Source of the DNA: a bacterium
GTDB lineage: Bacteria; Hinthialibacterota; Hinthialibacteria; Hinthialibacterales; Hinthialibacteraceae
Length of the DNA: 64,000 nucleotides
NCBI GenBank assembly: GCA_963663405.2
Contig: CAXXSM010000132.1
Location: 224,001-288,000, forward strand
Reading direction: 5' to 3'
Part shown: one piece after another, positions 62,667 through 64,000 of the stretch
Position numbering within the stretch: the stretch's first letter is position 1
How the letters are laid out: every line of letters begins with the position of its first letter
Position numbers and translations under genes: made by a program
The notes under the pieces: generated by a model
Told to the model about the DNA's origin: nothing
The model's input: the letters and a program-made list of their open reading frames with translations, nothing else
The model's database searches: none

Positions 62667-64000
62667 TCATTCAAACCGATGAATCTGCTTCTGCAACCAT
62701 TCCCAAAACGCTTTAAATGAAATGATTTTGTTTGGATCATTGACGAGGCGGATACCGATCCGGTCGGAGAAGATATTGGTGGATGGGGCGAGGAAATACT
62801 CTTTGGGAAGCGTTCCGTAGAGTTGTAGGCGGTCTCCATCGATCAACCGGGCGCGCAGGCCGATGCCGGAATACTTATACTGTTTCCGTTTCACAATCTG
62901 ATCCGCCTGGGCGGAGATGTCGCTGACCGTGACGAATAAACTGATTGTTTCCTGGCTGATTGTTTCATTCCGTTTGTTTTGACTTTGAAGTTCCAGGTCG
63001 AACGCGATCGGCAGGGGTGGATCAGTGGAATCGCTTGAGGGAAGGGCGACCTGAAGGTCATGAATCTTTCCGGAAATGACACCGGTGATGTATCCAAAAT
63101 TGTAATACTTCGCAAGCGGTTCCATATCTAGATGGTCCACATCCACACTCATCCCCGCCGTTGCAAAATCTGTGAAGGGGTAATCCATGTATAGATCACT
63201 CAGAATGATATGGCCGCTGAACGCGTTTAAATCAATGGAACCTTCCAAAGATATCCGGTCTTGCCCACCTGTGATCGTGTGAATCATTCCATTTAACGTT
63301 CCTTGTTTAAGCATGAAGGGAATCTCTTCACTGATCCGGCTCATCTCCAATTGATCGAATGTAAGCCGTCCCTTGAATTGCGGCTGCGAAGAGGCCCAGT
63401 TTTGAATTCGGAAATTGTCAATGGTTATATTTCCCCCAAATAAAGGAAGCGTCAAATGTTTCAGCAGGATAATCGACGTGGCTTCGATAGGGATGCTGTG
63501 AGTGACTTGGGCGTATTTTTCTTTCGCGAAGAGAATCTTCTCCGCTGAGAAGAGAACTTCTTTCCGGGGAAGAGATTCATATTGCAGGGGATAGCTGACA
63601 GGGATGATCAATGAAGCGTTTTCAATAAGCGCGCTCGCTGGACCGTTATAATCGAACGACGTATTTGATAGACCAATCTCTCCAGTGATGATGGAATCTA
63701 CAGTCAACCATCCATTCATTTTCCCTGACGCCTTCCATATTGGATCCTCACCCTCACCTCCGGTTTCGAGCGCAAACCGATTCACCAATGGAAGAACGAA
63801 TGATTTCAGGTCTAGATTATTCCATTCCATTCGCGCTGGCTGTTTTGGTGATTCTGTATATGTAAATTCGCCTCCACCAGGAGGATGGATCGTACAGACT
63901 GTTTGGGTTTCTCTTCCACCGGTGTATTTTGCCAAAATAGCAATCTGCTGTCCTGCCCATTCCATGTCATTTCCATTGAAGGATAGATATGGTGTCGACG
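62667..64000 (-). CDS. C-terminal part of a large beta-rich envelope protein (YdbH/AsmA-like); starts beyond the window
   Basis: Amphipathic beta-strand pattern, LPLFGGNI.I, FGYITG.ISG.I..L, Y..IGL. Confidence 0.6.
   Translation of the reverse strand, partial: STPYLSFNGNDMEWAGQQIAILAKYTGGRETQTVCTIHPPGGGEFTYTESPKQPARMEWNNLDLKSFVLPLVNRFALETGGEGEDPIWKASGKMNGWLTVDSIITGEIGLSNTSFDYNGPASALIENASLIIPVSYPLQYESLPRKEVLFSAEKILFAKEKYAQVTHSIPIEATSIILLKHLTLPLFGGNITIDNFRIQNWASSQPQFKGRLTFDQLEMSRISEEIPFMLKQGTLNGMIHTITGGQDRISLEGSIDLNAFSGHIILSDLYMDYPFTDFATAGMSVDVDHLDMEPLAKYYNFGYITGVISGKIHDLQVALPSSDSTDPPLPIAFDLELQSQNKRNETISQETISLFVTVSDISAQADQIVKRKQYKYSGIGLRARLIDGDRLQLYGTLPKEYFLAPSTNIFSDRIGIRLVNDPNKIISFKAFWEWLQKQIHRFE

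Overview
A 64 kb stretch of bacterial chromosome (standard genetic code), mostly housekeeping genes. The prepilin-type protein at the left edge, Tat-exported Gfo/Idh/MocA protein and '...VDQWSIF' C-terminus suggest an OLB16/Ca. Hinthialibacter- or Sumerlaeota-like organism; this is my inference and is unverified. Core content: leuB; a LivJ-like binding protein plus PAS sensor; a BlaI/BlaR(M56) pair; GNAT plus a four-subunit 2-oxoacid:ferredoxin oxidoreductase; tadA-tRNA-Ser-tRNA-Thr-tuf-rpmG; trpD; ftsX-like-envC-ctpA-tsaD-tauE; an 11-subunit nuoABCDHIJKLMN operon without nuoEFG; secreted enzymes; mnmA; mutY; tandem DUF4139-like genes; a triple-STN protein; and tRNA-Val-thrS-infC-rpmI-rplT-pheS without pheT. 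Many single-base indels, mostly in homopolymers, break conserved genes, most likely unpolished long-read errors. I found no CRISPR array, rRNA, integrase or transposase. Best novelty candidate: a BlaR1-like M56 receptor whose outer sensor domain is a pilin/pseudopilin head (it aligns to the prepilin in this same window), with a visible two-site BlaI-type operator. Other leads: a highly structured 260-nt rpmI-rplT spacer, a pseudoknot-like tuf-rpmG spacer, a stand-alone 3xSTN+PDZ-like protein beside duplicated DUF4139 genes, a kinase-less PAS/HisKA sensor, a MITE-like REP-carrying element, and two orphan antitoxins.
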